From contig SXKT01000014.1 in assembly GCA_005778035.1 (NCBI GenBank), positions 9,285-73,284 of the forward strand: a stretch of 64,000 nucleotides of DNA. Direction: 5' to 3'. The notes under the pieces were generated by a model. It searched no databases. It was not told where the DNA came from and worked only from the letters and a program-made list of their open reading frames with translations. Each line of letters begins with the position of its first letter. The stretch's first letter is position 1. The position numbers were made by a program, and so were the translations under genes. Of the stretch, positions 53,726 to 62,470 are shown one piece after another. The stretch comes from Chloroflexota bacterium (GTDB lineage Bacteria; Chloroflexota; Anaerolineae; Anaerolineales; Villigracilaceae).

Positions 53726-53875
53726 TTATTTTCCCGATAATTTGTCGAGTTCGGCAAGCTCGGTTGAAAGGTTTTTCCACCGGCTATAGATGCTCCACAC
53801 GTAACCAAGCATGGTCACCGTAAAGACAATAAAACCGCCGATCATATAAGAATTTGTGTCAGGTGTCATATCCAT
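53726..53875 (-). CDS. ccmD: CcmD-like small membrane protein (49 aa, below the ORF-track cutoff)
   Basis: Hand translation: MDMTPDTNSYMIGGFIVFTVTMLGYVWSIYSRWKNLSTELAELDKLSGK. AAGGAAAG RBS. One TM helix. It sits directly after ccmC, as in ccmABCD operons. Confidence 0.6.
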   Translation of the reverse strand: MDMTPDTNSYMIGGFIVFTVTMLGYVWSIYSRWKNLSTELAELDKLSGK

Positions 53876-53886
53876 ATTAGCTTTCC

Positions 53887-54576
53887 TTATAATTCCAGTT
53901 TCATTTTGGCCTGTTCAACTTGCTCGGCAAGTTGGCCCAATCGAAGGCGATGCCAATACATGTTGGCAAAAATAATGGAGAAGGCAACGATGCAGTACAA
54001 CATGACGAATACCATTGAGTCGGTCATGCCCATCTTTTCGCTGCCGCCACTGCCAATGACCACTGGGTGGATCGTACGAAACATTCGGATGGATACAAGC
54101 GTAAGGGGAATGCTGAGGCCGCCCAATATGGTGTAGACGGCTCCGAAACGGGCACGTTGTTCGGGATCTTCAATCCCTTGCCGTAACATTAGGTAGGCCA
54201 AATAGATCAATTCCAGGATCGCGGCGGTGGTCAGACGTGGTTCCCAAGTCCACCAGGTTCCCCATGCCGGGCGTGCCCAAATGGAGCCAAGCACAATGGT
54301 GATAAAGAAGAACACCAGGCTGATCTCCACTGCGGCCAAACCATAGGCATCCCACTTCAGGTCTTTTTTTGCCAAATAGATGACGGCGAACAGGGCAGCC
54401 AGTAAAAAGCCGAGCATGCCAACCCAAGCGGTAGCCACGTGAAAGTAAAAAACCCTCTGGACATTGCCCATCACTTTTTCAGTTGGGGCATAAAAAAGGG
54501 AAAGGTAATACCCGCCTATCAATAATACTAAAGAGATGATGTTCAAGGCTTTTAAAACCTTAGGTTGTGGTGACAT
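53887..54576 (-). CDS. ccmC: Heme exporter protein CcmC
   Basis: 229 aa and polytopic. Trp-rich WWD-type motif WARPAWGTWWTWEPRLT. Confidence 0.88.
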   Translation of the reverse strand: MSPQPKVLKALNIISLVLLIGGYYLSLFYAPTEKVMGNVQRVFYFHVATAWVGMLGFLLAALFAVIYLAKKDLKWDAYGLAAVEISLVFFFITIVLGSIWARPAWGTWWTWEPRLTTAAILELIYLAYLMLRQGIEDPEQRARFGAVYTILGGLSIPLTLVSIRMFRTIHPVVIGSGGSEKMGMTDSMVFVMLYCIVAFSIIFANMYWHRLRLGQLAEQVEQAKMKLEL

Positions 54577-54592
54577 TTGATTACTCCTCGAA

Positions 54593-55288
54593 TTATTCTT
54601 CTACGACCTGGTCAAAAACCATAAATGACACGGCCAAGAATATAACGTTATATACCAACAGAACATTAATCCAAGGTGAGATTTCGGACCATTGCAAATT
54701 TAGTAGATAACCGTTGGATGCCTTGACCGCAGCAACCAGGATTGGGATGACCAATGGAAAAAGCAATATCGGCAGCAAGACATCTCTGGTTCGGGTTTGC
54801 ACACTCATCGCTGAGATCAATGTGCCGACGGAGATATACCCTACCGACCCCAAAATAGTGACCCCCAGGAATCCGGGGATCAACAAATTGACGTTGTACA
54901 TAATGGCGTACACAGGGATCACGATCGCTTCGACGATGAACATGAAAGCCAGATTGCTGAGAGCCTTGCCAAAGAAGATCACGGACCGGTCCACTGGCGC
55001 AAGCAGCAGACCATCCAGGCAACCACGGTCTTTTTCGATAGCCATGGATCTGTTGAGGCCAAGGGTGCCCGCAAAAGAAAAAGTGACCCACAACGCGCCG
55101 GCAGTAATGGCATTGCGGTTCTTAATGTCCAATTCCAAAGTGAAATAGTAGATAAGGATCACCAGCAATGAAAATACCAACATGGCCGAGAGTAATTCGC
55201 GGCTGCGCAATTCCGCAGACAGGTCTTTTCGGGTGATGGCCATAATGCTTTTAAAATAGTCTGCTTTTGGTTTTTGTTCTCTGCTCAT
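54593..55288 (-). CDS. ccmB: Heme exporter protein CcmB
   Basis: Polytopic ABC-2-type permease between ccmA and ccmC. Start at ATG 55288 (MSREQKPKADYF), 2 nt from the ccmA stop. Confidence 0.85.
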   Translation of the reverse strand: MSREQKPKADYFKSIMAITRKDLSAELRSRELLSAMLVFSLLVILIYYFTLELDIKNRNAITAGALWVTFSFAGTLGLNRSMAIEKDRGCLDGLLLAPVDRSVIFFGKALSNLAFMFIVEAIVIPVYAIMYNVNLLIPGFLGVTILGSVGYISVGTLISAMSVQTRTRDVLLPILLFPLVIPILVAAVKASNGYLLNLQWSEISPWINVLLVYNVIFLAVSFMVFDQVVEE

Positions 55289-55289
55289 G

Positions 55290-55988
55290 TTAGCCTGCCA
55301 ATACCCTTTTGTAATATGCGAGCAGATTTTCGGTTCCCATATCTTGTTTCTTGATCGAGTTTTCGATCTTGCCGTTATTGAGCACGTCGAATCGGGTGCC
55401 GAGGTCCTCTGCCCGTGCCAGGTCATGGCTGGTCATCACAACGGTACGGCCGGCCGCGGCAACGCTTTTAAGTACGCCATCCAGCATTTCAGAAGCGTCT
55501 TGGTCCAGGCCTGTGTAAGGTTCATCGAATAAGATCACATCTGGGTCGTGCAAAACTGAACGCGCGATGGAGAGTCGCTGCTGCATTCCTCGAGAAAAAG
55601 TCCTGACCAGATCTCTGCGGCGGGCAGAAAGGCCGACCAACCCCAACACCTCGTGGATACGGGAATCGCGGCCATGGATGTTGTATAACCGGCCAAAAAA
55701 GTCCAAGTTTTCTTCCGCGGTCAGGTCTCCGTAGAGCAAGGGATTATGGCTAACCACACCCAAACGCATTCGAACTTCCGCTGCTTCGGATGGTAATTTA
55801 AAGCCTGCTACCAATACACTTCCCAAAGTAGGGCGAGAAAGGGAAGCCAGGATGCGCAAAAAAGTGGTTTTGCCGGCCCCGTTGGGGCCAAGCAAAACCA
55901 CAAATTCTCCCGGTATCGCCGAAAAGTTCACCCCGGCGAGCACGTTTTTCAATCCAAATCGCTTGATCAGGCTCTTGACTTCGATCAT
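55290..55988 (-). CDS. ccmA: Heme exporter ATP-binding protein CcmA
   Basis: Walker A GPNGAGKTT, signature-region FSRGMQQRLSIAR, Walker B ILFDEP. Confidence 0.88.
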   Translation of the reverse strand: MIEVKSLIKRFGLKNVLAGVNFSAIPGEFVVLLGPNGAGKTTFLRILASLSRPTLGSVLVAGFKLPSEAAEVRMRLGVVSHNPLLYGDLTAEENLDFFGRLYNIHGRDSRIHEVLGLVGLSARRRDLVRTFSRGMQQRLSIARSVLHDPDVILFDEPYTGLDQDASEMLDGVLKSVAAAGRTVVMTSHDLARAEDLGTRFDVLNNGKIENSIKKQDMGTENLLAYYKRVLAG

Positions 55989-55992
55989 TTTT

Positions 55993-58032
55993 TTATTTTT
56001 TTACCAACTTAAGCTTGTCGGTCAATTCTTTTCTGCGGGCTTTATAAATGGATTCTTCCAGGTTTCCTGATTTGAACTGGTCGTCGAGAGCCAAAATGCT
56101 ATCCATGATCTCGTCTTCAACCTCATCTGCCTCATCTTCAATGCCATCATCCTCTTCATCCGATTTCCGTCGGCCAAAGAAGTACATCCATACCCCTACC
56201 AGGATCAGAACGAAGCCTAAAGCGCCCAACCCAATAATGATACCTGTGTTGGAACTGGTCGCAGCGACTGTGCTGTCTTTTGGAGTACCAGTGATGGTAA
56301 GTGAAATGTTTTTGTTTGCTGAATTGAGCGATACGGCGTAACTAAGATATTTGGCGCCATTCCCCATATCAGTTAGCCCGTTTGGAGTAACGTTACTACC
56401 ATTGATGGTAATCCCTTCAGGAGAAAGGATGGTTACCTGGCTGGCTGTAAAGGGAATCTCCTGGGTAATTTTGACAGAGCGGCTGCCAAACAAGTTGGCT
56501 TTGGATAAGGGCAGATCAACGGCGAATACGATCTGATGCGCTTGTTCTCCAGGCAAAACCGCGGTAGTATCGGCGAAACCCTTTTGGGTTTTAAGGTAAC
56601 GATCGCCGATCGCGCCGGATTCAAATTGAAGATTGGTATACCCGTCTGGCAATGGTACATCAATGACGATACCACCTTCCTCAGCACCAACGATCGATTT
56701 TGTTCCTGCGTTACTGAAGATAAGGAATTCGACAACCTGAACAACATCGGGTTTGGTGTAATCCAGTAGCAAGTGTATTTGGTCTGCTTTAAGGTCCGTT
56801 TGGTCGGATGTGGTTTCAAAAACGGTCAGGGGCAGCTCCAAGACAGTTGCGCCAGGTTCGATGAACCCGGGATCTGAGTTGTAGGTCGTGCCTGAGAAAT
56901 CAACGGAAGTATAAAAAGCCTGGCTCTCATCAAAAGAAACATCCTCAAATGAGTAGGAACCATCCGGGGCGATCTCAGTTTCAAGAGTAACAACTTCGCT
57001 AAATTGTTGGGATTCGGTGTTATGTGTGAAACCGTGCAGGGTTATGGTAAGGCCGCCAGGAACCTGATCACTGGAACCGTTGATAACCTTGCCCTGAATG
57101 GACCCAATCGCTGCAGTAGTAGCAGTTGGCTCAACGGGAGCTGGTTCAGTGGTTGTTGCCAATGGGTCGATGGTTGCTTCGGTGCTAGGCTCAGCTGGTG
57201 TGGCCATTGGATCGATCGTTGCGTCAGTGGATGGGGTAACTTCCGCATCCGAAGTTTGGTTTTCCGGAGAGGCTGTCGCTTCCATATTGCCGGTTTCAGC
57301 CGTGGGGGCTACCGGAGTGTTTGTTGGTTCAATGGATTCAGCCTGGGTAGTTTCTGCCGGGATCTGAACGGTGAAGGTACGCAAGTAGGCAGCGATCGCA
57401 TATACATCCTCGGTAGAGATGGTCTCTCCGAAGCCTGGCATACGACCGACACCGTTAACGGTGAAATTGGCGATATCATCCTGGCTGACCTTGGACATTA
57501 AGGCTTGGTCATTGAAGTCGGAGGTCGGGATCAGGTTGCCGGTGGTTCCATGGCATTGGGCACAGTTAGCCTCATAGGGGATTTTGCCCGCCGCTGCTTC
57601 TTTGGCATTTATGCCTCCCAACGACAATGAATATGCCACCACATCCCAGCGATCTTGGTCGCTGAGGCTGTCTTTGAAGGGGGGCATGAAAGAATTGATG
57701 TTTCCTTCAGTGACCATGGTAAACCAATTTACCAGCGCAGCTTTGCGTCCTAATTCCAAGGATCCAATTGCGGCAGGTTGCTTTTGTAATTGGGCAGCCA
57801 TCGGGCCATCGCCCAAGCCGCTCTCTCCATGGCATGGGGCGCATTTTTCGGCGAAAATGGCTTTGCCGTTGGTGAGGTTCGGAGCCGCCGGGGGGTACAA
57901 TGGGCTATCGGTAGGGCCAGGTGTCGGCGAAACATAATTGGGCGGAGGAGTGATATCCTCAGCAAGCGAAAAACCGCAAGCAGTGAGAGCGAATGCCAGC
58001 ATGCTGAGCAGGACCAAAATTCTAAACTTCAT
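55993..58032 (-). CDS. Diheme c-type cytochrome lipoprotein with a large extracytoplasmic domain, a C-terminal TM helix and an acidic cytoplasmic tail
   Basis: Start at ATG 58032. Lipoprotein signal MKFRILVLLSMLAFALTAC. Heme motifs CAPCHG and CAQCHG. T/P/E-rich linker. ~330-aa beta-rich region. TM helix IIIGLGALGFVLILVGVWMYFF. Tail DEEDDGIEDEADEVEDE. Confidence 0.85.
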   Translation of the reverse strand: MKFRILVLLSMLAFALTACGFSLAEDITPPPNYVSPTPGPTDSPLYPPAAPNLTNGKAIFAEKCAPCHGESGLGDGPMAAQLQKQPAAIGSLELGRKAALVNWFTMVTEGNINSFMPPFKDSLSDQDRWDVVAYSLSLGGINAKEAAAGKIPYEANCAQCHGTTGNLIPTSDFNDQALMSKVSQDDIANFTVNGVGRMPGFGETISTEDVYAIAAYLRTFTVQIPAETTQAESIEPTNTPVAPTAETGNMEATASPENQTSDAEVTPSTDATIDPMATPAEPSTEATIDPLATTTEPAPVEPTATTAAIGSIQGKVINGSSDQVPGGLTITLHGFTHNTESQQFSEVVTLETEIAPDGSYSFEDVSFDESQAFYTSVDFSGTTYNSDPGFIEPGATVLELPLTVFETTSDQTDLKADQIHLLLDYTKPDVVQVVEFLIFSNAGTKSIVGAEEGGIVIDVPLPDGYTNLQFESGAIGDRYLKTQKGFADTTAVLPGEQAHQIVFAVDLPLSKANLFGSRSVKITQEIPFTASQVTILSPEGITINGSNVTPNGLTDMGNGAKYLSYAVSLNSANKNISLTITGTPKDSTVAATSSNTGIIIGLGALGFVLILVGVWMYFFGRRKSDEEDDGIEDEADEVEDEIMDSILALDDQFKSGNLEESIYKARRKELTDKLKLVKK
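57143..57232 (-). repeat. Two in-frame copies of a 45-nt unit within the cytochrome linker
   Basis: Units starting at 57143 and 57188 are about 76% identical over 38 nt. They encode TEATIDPLATTTEPA and TDATIDPMATPAEPS. Confidence 0.55.
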
Positions 58033-58049
58033 GTTCGATTCCTTGGTAT

Positions 58050-58574
58050 TTATTTTTGGGTTTTGCCACAAGATGGGCAAAACTTGTCAGATTTAAGGAT
58101 AGGTTTACCACAGTTCGGGCAAAAGCCGGCCGATTTTTCTTTTCGGGCGGCCCTGCGCGCAGCGATCAGCTCCTCGATATCCTCATCATCCACCATTGGT
58201 TTTGGGGTAGAAGTTGTGGATAAGCCGTCTGTGCGTTTTTTTGACACCTCAAATTCCAGGCTGGTTACGATATCCTGATCACTTTGGCCTGAGCTTTGAA
58301 GGGTATCGAGGTCCTTGATCACCAAAGCGGCTTTCTTGACCAGGATCGATCGCATGCCAGGGTAATCTTCGGCTGGAATTTTGCCCAAAGTGTGGTCAAA
58401 ATCCAGTTCCTGGATCGCTTCAATCAACCTTTCGCGGTTTGCCAACAAGGCTGAGCGGTCGTGGTCACTGTTCTGTATGCCAGGATTTTTACGAAATTGA
58501 ATAAAAGGGCGTGCAACAAATAACCCGATCAAAATACTGGCTGCGACGGTAAGTAAAATTGCTCCAAGATCCAT
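58050..58574 (-). CDS. TM-anchored zinc-ribbon protein (possible CcmI-like accessory factor)
   Basis: N-terminal TM helix (LGAILLTVAASILIGLFVA). Helical motif IEAIQELDFDHTLGKIPAEDYPGMRSILVKK. C-terminal zinc ribbon FCPNCGKPILKSDKFCPSCGK. Confidence 0.7.
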   Translation of the reverse strand: MDLGAILLTVAASILIGLFVARPFIQFRKNPGIQNSDHDRSALLANRERLIEAIQELDFDHTLGKIPAEDYPGMRSILVKKAALVIKDLDTLQSSGQSDQDIVTSLEFEVSKKRTDGLSTTSTPKPMVDDEDIEELIAARRAARKEKSAGFCPNCGKPILKSDKFCPSCGKTQK

Positions 58575-58582
58575 ATGCTCCT

Positions 58583-59167
58583 CTATTGTCCTAACATACC
58601 ATCGAGGATCGTATGAATATCATCCTCAGAGGCAAATGGGCCGATTTGTATATAGTGTAAAACGCCCTGTTTGTCTATAAAATAAGTTTCGGGCACGCCC
58701 TTGATACGAAACATTTGGGAGATGCGGGTGCCAAGATCTGGGCCGTTTGGAAAAGTAATGTTGAATTTTTCGAGGTACTTGCGGGCTTCGGGTTCTGTAT
58801 CAACGTAATCTGCGCCGATAAAAACAACCTCGCCTGAATCCTTGTAGGCATTCCATGCAGATTCAAGAGCCGCGGCTTCATCCTCGCAGGGTATACACCA
58901 GGATGCCCAAAAGTTGATCACCACGATCTTGCCTTGCAAGTCTGAGAGTTGAACCTCGTTTTTGCCTTCATAGGTATAACCATCAAAAAAAACAAGCGAA
59001 AAGTCGGGGATCTTGTCTCCTATTTGTACTGTACCTTGCTGTGTTCGTTTTAAACCCATGGCGACAAGCGCCAGCAATCCTAACAGGAGGACCCAAATAA
59101 CAGCCTGGACAGCTGCCGGCATCCCTTTTCTTTCGGAGCCGGTTGGTTCGGCGGATGGCTGTTGCAT
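58583..59167 (-). CDS. TlpA/ResA/CcmG-type thiol:disulfide oxidoreductase
   Basis: TM anchor plus a thioredoxin fold with WASWCIPC active site. Confidence 0.88.
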   Translation of the reverse strand: MQQPSAEPTGSERKGMPAAVQAVIWVLLLGLLALVAMGLKRTQQGTVQIGDKIPDFSLVFFDGYTYEGKNEVQLSDLQGKIVVINFWASWCIPCEDEAAALESAWNAYKDSGEVVFIGADYVDTEPEARKYLEKFNITFPNGPDLGTRISQMFRIKGVPETYFIDKQGVLHYIQIGPFASEDDIHTILDGMLGQ

Positions 59168-59169
59168 CG

Positions 59170-59676
59170 TTAGGCCTCCCTTTTGTTAATTTCGTCTTCG
59201 ATCAGGTTTGCGTATTTGTCTTCAGCGCTCTCGGCGGCTTTGTCATTTTCGATGGAAATTTTTGATCGTTCGGCATTTTGGCGCATTGAAAGGAAAGCCT
59301 TGCCCAAAAACGCAGCTCCAGCAAGCATTAGTGCCGGTGGCAAAATGTACATAAGCAAATTTAAGCCTTGCATAGGAGGTTCGGCCAAGACTCGGGCGCC
59401 ATATTGCTCAACAAAATAAGTCTTGATCTGCTGCTCGGTCCAACCTTCAGTTAGTTTTAGCCTGATCAATTCACGCCAATCTTTGCAGGCTTCGGTTGGG
59501 CAAACATCCAGGGGGGTGTTCTCGCAAACAGGGCAAAACATCTGCCTCGCGATCGCGTTCACATCGTTATCTGTGGGGGTGTTATCCTGAGCAAAGGCAG
59601 AACCCGGGTTTGTAAAAGCTATGATCACGAGAGCGGCAAGAATGAACCCATACAACCATTTTTTTTCAGTCTTCAT
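59170..59676 (-). CDS. ccmH: Cytochrome c-type biogenesis protein CcmH
   Basis: Start at ATG 59676 with a signal peptide. CcmH motif FCPVCENTPLDVC..ACKDWRELI. C-terminal TM helix. Confidence 0.82.
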   Translation of the reverse strand: MKTEKKWLYGFILAALVIIAFTNPGSAFAQDNTPTDNDVNAIARQMFCPVCENTPLDVCPTEACKDWRELIRLKLTEGWTEQQIKTYFVEQYGARVLAEPPMQGLNLLMYILPPALMLAGAAFLGKAFLSMRQNAERSKISIENDKAAESAEDKYANLIEDEINKREA

Positions 59677-59686
59677 CAGATATGCC

Positions 59687-61753
59687 TTAGTCTGCCGCGG
59701 CAAGGGCGGCGTTGGAGGACACTTTACGGGGTTCAGGATCTTTTTCTGGCCAGGCGGCTACCATCGATCCGAGGATCATCATGATCGATCCCCACCACAG
59801 CCAATTGACCAACGGATTGTGATAGACCTTGAATGTAGCGCCTTCGGTCGTGATCGGTTGCCAATCTACCAAAATGATGTAGAGGTCATCCTGAATGGTT
59901 GACCGTACACCAGGGATGGTCATCGGTTGTTGCGATTCATAGAAATAATCACGGCGGGGATGTAGTTCCCCCACAAATTGGCCATTCTTTTCCACCGAAA
60001 TGGTGGCGCGGGCCAAATTTCGGTTGTCGTTGGAATCGAAAATTGCCAGATCGTTATAGGTGATCTTGTATTCACCCAGTGTTAGGCTTTCACCTTGGGC
60101 CAAGGTGCCCTGGGTCTCAGTTTGGAACATTTCCAAACCTATGATCCCGACCGCCATCAGAATGATCGACAAATGGATCAGGTATCCACCATAGCGGCGG
60201 CGATTTTTGCCGAACAACCGCCACAACGAGAGGACCAGATTCTCTTTTTGGGCTCGGCTACGGGCATACGCGGCTCGCCAAAATTCGTACAAGGTGATGA
60301 ACGAAGTAAACAACACCGCAAAGAAGCCAATAATGGCATAAATATTGGTGACTTTACCCACAAATATTATTGCCAATAATCCGATTACGGCAGCGGTTGC
60401 TGGTTTCCAAGCCGCTTTGCCCAAGGTCTTTATGGTGGAGTGACCCCAAGCTGAAAGCGGGGCGATACCCATCAGCACTACCAATGCGGCAAACAGAGGT
60501 CCTGTGGCCCGTTCATAAAATGGTGGACCAACAGTTACTTTTTGTCCGGTAAATAACTCGGAAATGAGTGGGAACAAGACACCCCAGAAACAGACTATGT
60601 AAATGCTGATGAAAAGGAGATTATTGAGCAGGAATAGCGCCTCGCGAGATAACATGGAGGTCAATTCAGCTTCACTGCGCAAGTCCTTCCAGCGGTAAAT
60701 GAGCAAGGCAGTAGATACGACCAAAGTAACGCCGATGAATATAAAAAACGATGGACCGATGGCACTTTGGGCAAACGCATGTACCGAAGAAAGCACACCA
60801 GAACGGGTAAGGAAGGTTCCGAAGATGACCATCGCGTAGGTCAATATGATCAAGATCATATTCCATTCTTTGAACATTCCCCGTTTTTCCTGGATCATTA
60901 CGGAGTGTAAAAAGGCTGTTCCTACCAACCAGGGCATAAAAGCGGCGATCTCAACCGGATCCCAACCCCAATATCCACCCCAACCAAGAACGTCGTAAGC
61001 CCAACGTCCGCCCAGGATCAGGCCGATCGACAGGAAAAGCCAAGCGACGATCGTCCACCTGCGGGTAATGCGGGTCCAACGGTCATCGGTACGGCCGGTT
61101 ATGAGGGCAGCAATGGCAAAGGCAAACGGGATGACAAAGCTAACAAAGCCGAGGTACAGCATAGGCGGGTGAATGATCATGCCCGGATGCCGGAGCAAGG
61201 GATTAAGGCCTTTGCCATCTGGCGGAGAGAATGGCACTGAACCGGCTGGCTGGAACATGGCGGTAACAACATCACCGTTGAAGGTTTGCCAAAATTTTTC
61301 GAATGGATTTTCGAAGAAGATCACCAAGCCTACGAAGAAGGCAAGGGTGACGCTTGAAACGACCACAACCCAGGGCAAAAACTCCCGGTCGCGGTCCCAT
61401 TTACGAAAAGTGACCGCAGTGGCAAACGAAGACATCAGCCAGGACCAAAAGACCAATGAACCCGATTGCCCACCCCAAAGTGAGGTGATCTTGAGGTACA
61501 ACGGCATCGATCGGCTGGTAACCTCGTAGATAAAGGACACATGGTATTGGTCGGTGACCAGCAAGTAAACCAAAATTCCCGATGTGATGGTGATCAACGG
61601 GAATGTGAGTTGCATTGCCAATCGCGAGCTTTCTACCCAGGTGTATTTGTTGGTCTGGTATCCATAAATCGCGGCGAACACCGCATAGATTGACAAGATA
61701 AAACTGAGCAGGAATATTCCGTAACCAAAATCTGCTATCATTTTTTTCTCCAA
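59687..61753 (-). CDS. ccmF: Cytochrome c heme lyase subunit CcmF
   Basis: 688 aa and polytopic. WWD motif GWGGYWGWDPVE. Confidence 0.92.
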   Translation of the reverse strand: MEKKMIADFGYGIFLLSFILSIYAVFAAIYGYQTNKYTWVESSRLAMQLTFPLITITSGILVYLLVTDQYHVSFIYEVTSRSMPLYLKITSLWGGQSGSLVFWSWLMSSFATAVTFRKWDRDREFLPWVVVVSSVTLAFFVGLVIFFENPFEKFWQTFNGDVVTAMFQPAGSVPFSPPDGKGLNPLLRHPGMIIHPPMLYLGFVSFVIPFAFAIAALITGRTDDRWTRITRRWTIVAWLFLSIGLILGGRWAYDVLGWGGYWGWDPVEIAAFMPWLVGTAFLHSVMIQEKRGMFKEWNMILIILTYAMVIFGTFLTRSGVLSSVHAFAQSAIGPSFFIFIGVTLVVSTALLIYRWKDLRSEAELTSMLSREALFLLNNLLFISIYIVCFWGVLFPLISELFTGQKVTVGPPFYERATGPLFAALVVLMGIAPLSAWGHSTIKTLGKAAWKPATAAVIGLLAIIFVGKVTNIYAIIGFFAVLFTSFITLYEFWRAAYARSRAQKENLVLSLWRLFGKNRRRYGGYLIHLSIILMAVGIIGLEMFQTETQGTLAQGESLTLGEYKITYNDLAIFDSNDNRNLARATISVEKNGQFVGELHPRRDYFYESQQPMTIPGVRSTIQDDLYIILVDWQPITTEGATFKVYHNPLVNWLWWGSIMMILGSMVAAWPEKDPEPRKVSSNAALAAAD

Positions 61754-61766
61754 AGAATTAGAAACG

Positions 61767-61796
61767 AAAGAGTACCAGCCCTTGCCGGTACTCTTT
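61767..61796 (-). other. Intercistronic stem-loop between ccmE and ccmF
   Basis: aaagagtacc-(10 nt)-ggtactcttt. 10-bp perfect stem within the 64-nt ccmE-ccmF spacer. Confidence 0.55.
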
Positions 61797-61817
61797 CAAA
61801 GCCTGATATAAAGGTCG

Positions 61818-62303
61818 TTAGCCTTCAGCTTGTTCGGGTACCGCTTCTTCGTACTTGGTTGGGCACTTTAGCAATAACTCATCTGCGTAAAATACACCAT
61901 CGGCCCCCATATGGCCGGTCATAATGGCTTGTGCTTCGTTACGCATCAGGTCTGGCTTTACTCCCACATAAACAACCTTGAGGGTGTTGTTTGCGGGGTT
62001 GATCACTGCCTGATGTAAGACAACAGCAAGGCCGCCATTTTTTTCGATCTCGTTATTATCTCCGGTAACATGGGCAACCGTAAAGGATAATTTAAGCTCA
62101 TTTGAATCGTATTCAATGCTATCGCCGATTACCGCGCCAGAAACGCGGATATTTTTATCGACCATCGCGGCTTGTTGGTCAAGCAACTCATCTACGGTAA
62201 GAAAGTATTGCGCGCTTGCCTGAGTTGATGAAAATATCAAATATACAACAGCGGCAAGGATAAATAGACCGCCGAGTAAAAATTTGAATTTAGGGTTGGG
62301 CAT
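61818..62303 (-). CDS. ccmE: Heme chaperone CcmE, Cys-variant (CxxxY)
   Basis: N-terminal TM anchor and OB-fold. The C-terminal ELLLKCPTKYEEAVPE aligns with E. coli VLAKHDENYTPPEV, with His replaced by Cys. Confidence 0.85.
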   Translation of the reverse strand: MPNPKFKFLLGGLFILAAVVYLIFSSTQASAQYFLTVDELLDQQAAMVDKNIRVSGAVIGDSIEYDSNELKLSFTVAHVTGDNNEIEKNGGLAVVLHQAVINPANNTLKVVYVGVKPDLMRNEAQAIMTGHMGADGVFYADELLLKCPTKYEEAVPEQAEG

Positions 62304-62411
62304 GGTTCCTCCGATTTATTTTGATCCAAATTTATTCTACACAGCCAGATTAAGGGAATATGAGAAAGTATTCCGCTAAATTACGACAAAGATCATATTA
62401 ATTCTGTGATT

Positions 62412-62446
62412 AAAAAAAGTGGCTGGTATTTTTACATACCAGCCAC
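62412..62446 (-). terminator. Rho-independent terminator after the NrfD-like gene
   Basis: Minus strand reads gtggctggtat-gtaaaa-ataccagccac followed by ttttttt. Confidence 0.85.
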
Positions 62447-62470
62447 GGATGTGGAAATTGATTTTGGGTA

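Noticed and set aside
53673-53780. An N-terminal extension of the SLT-domain ORF.
   Set aside because: It runs through the ccm terminator hairpin and overlaps the CcmD-like mini-gene. ATG 53672 yields a proper signal peptide.
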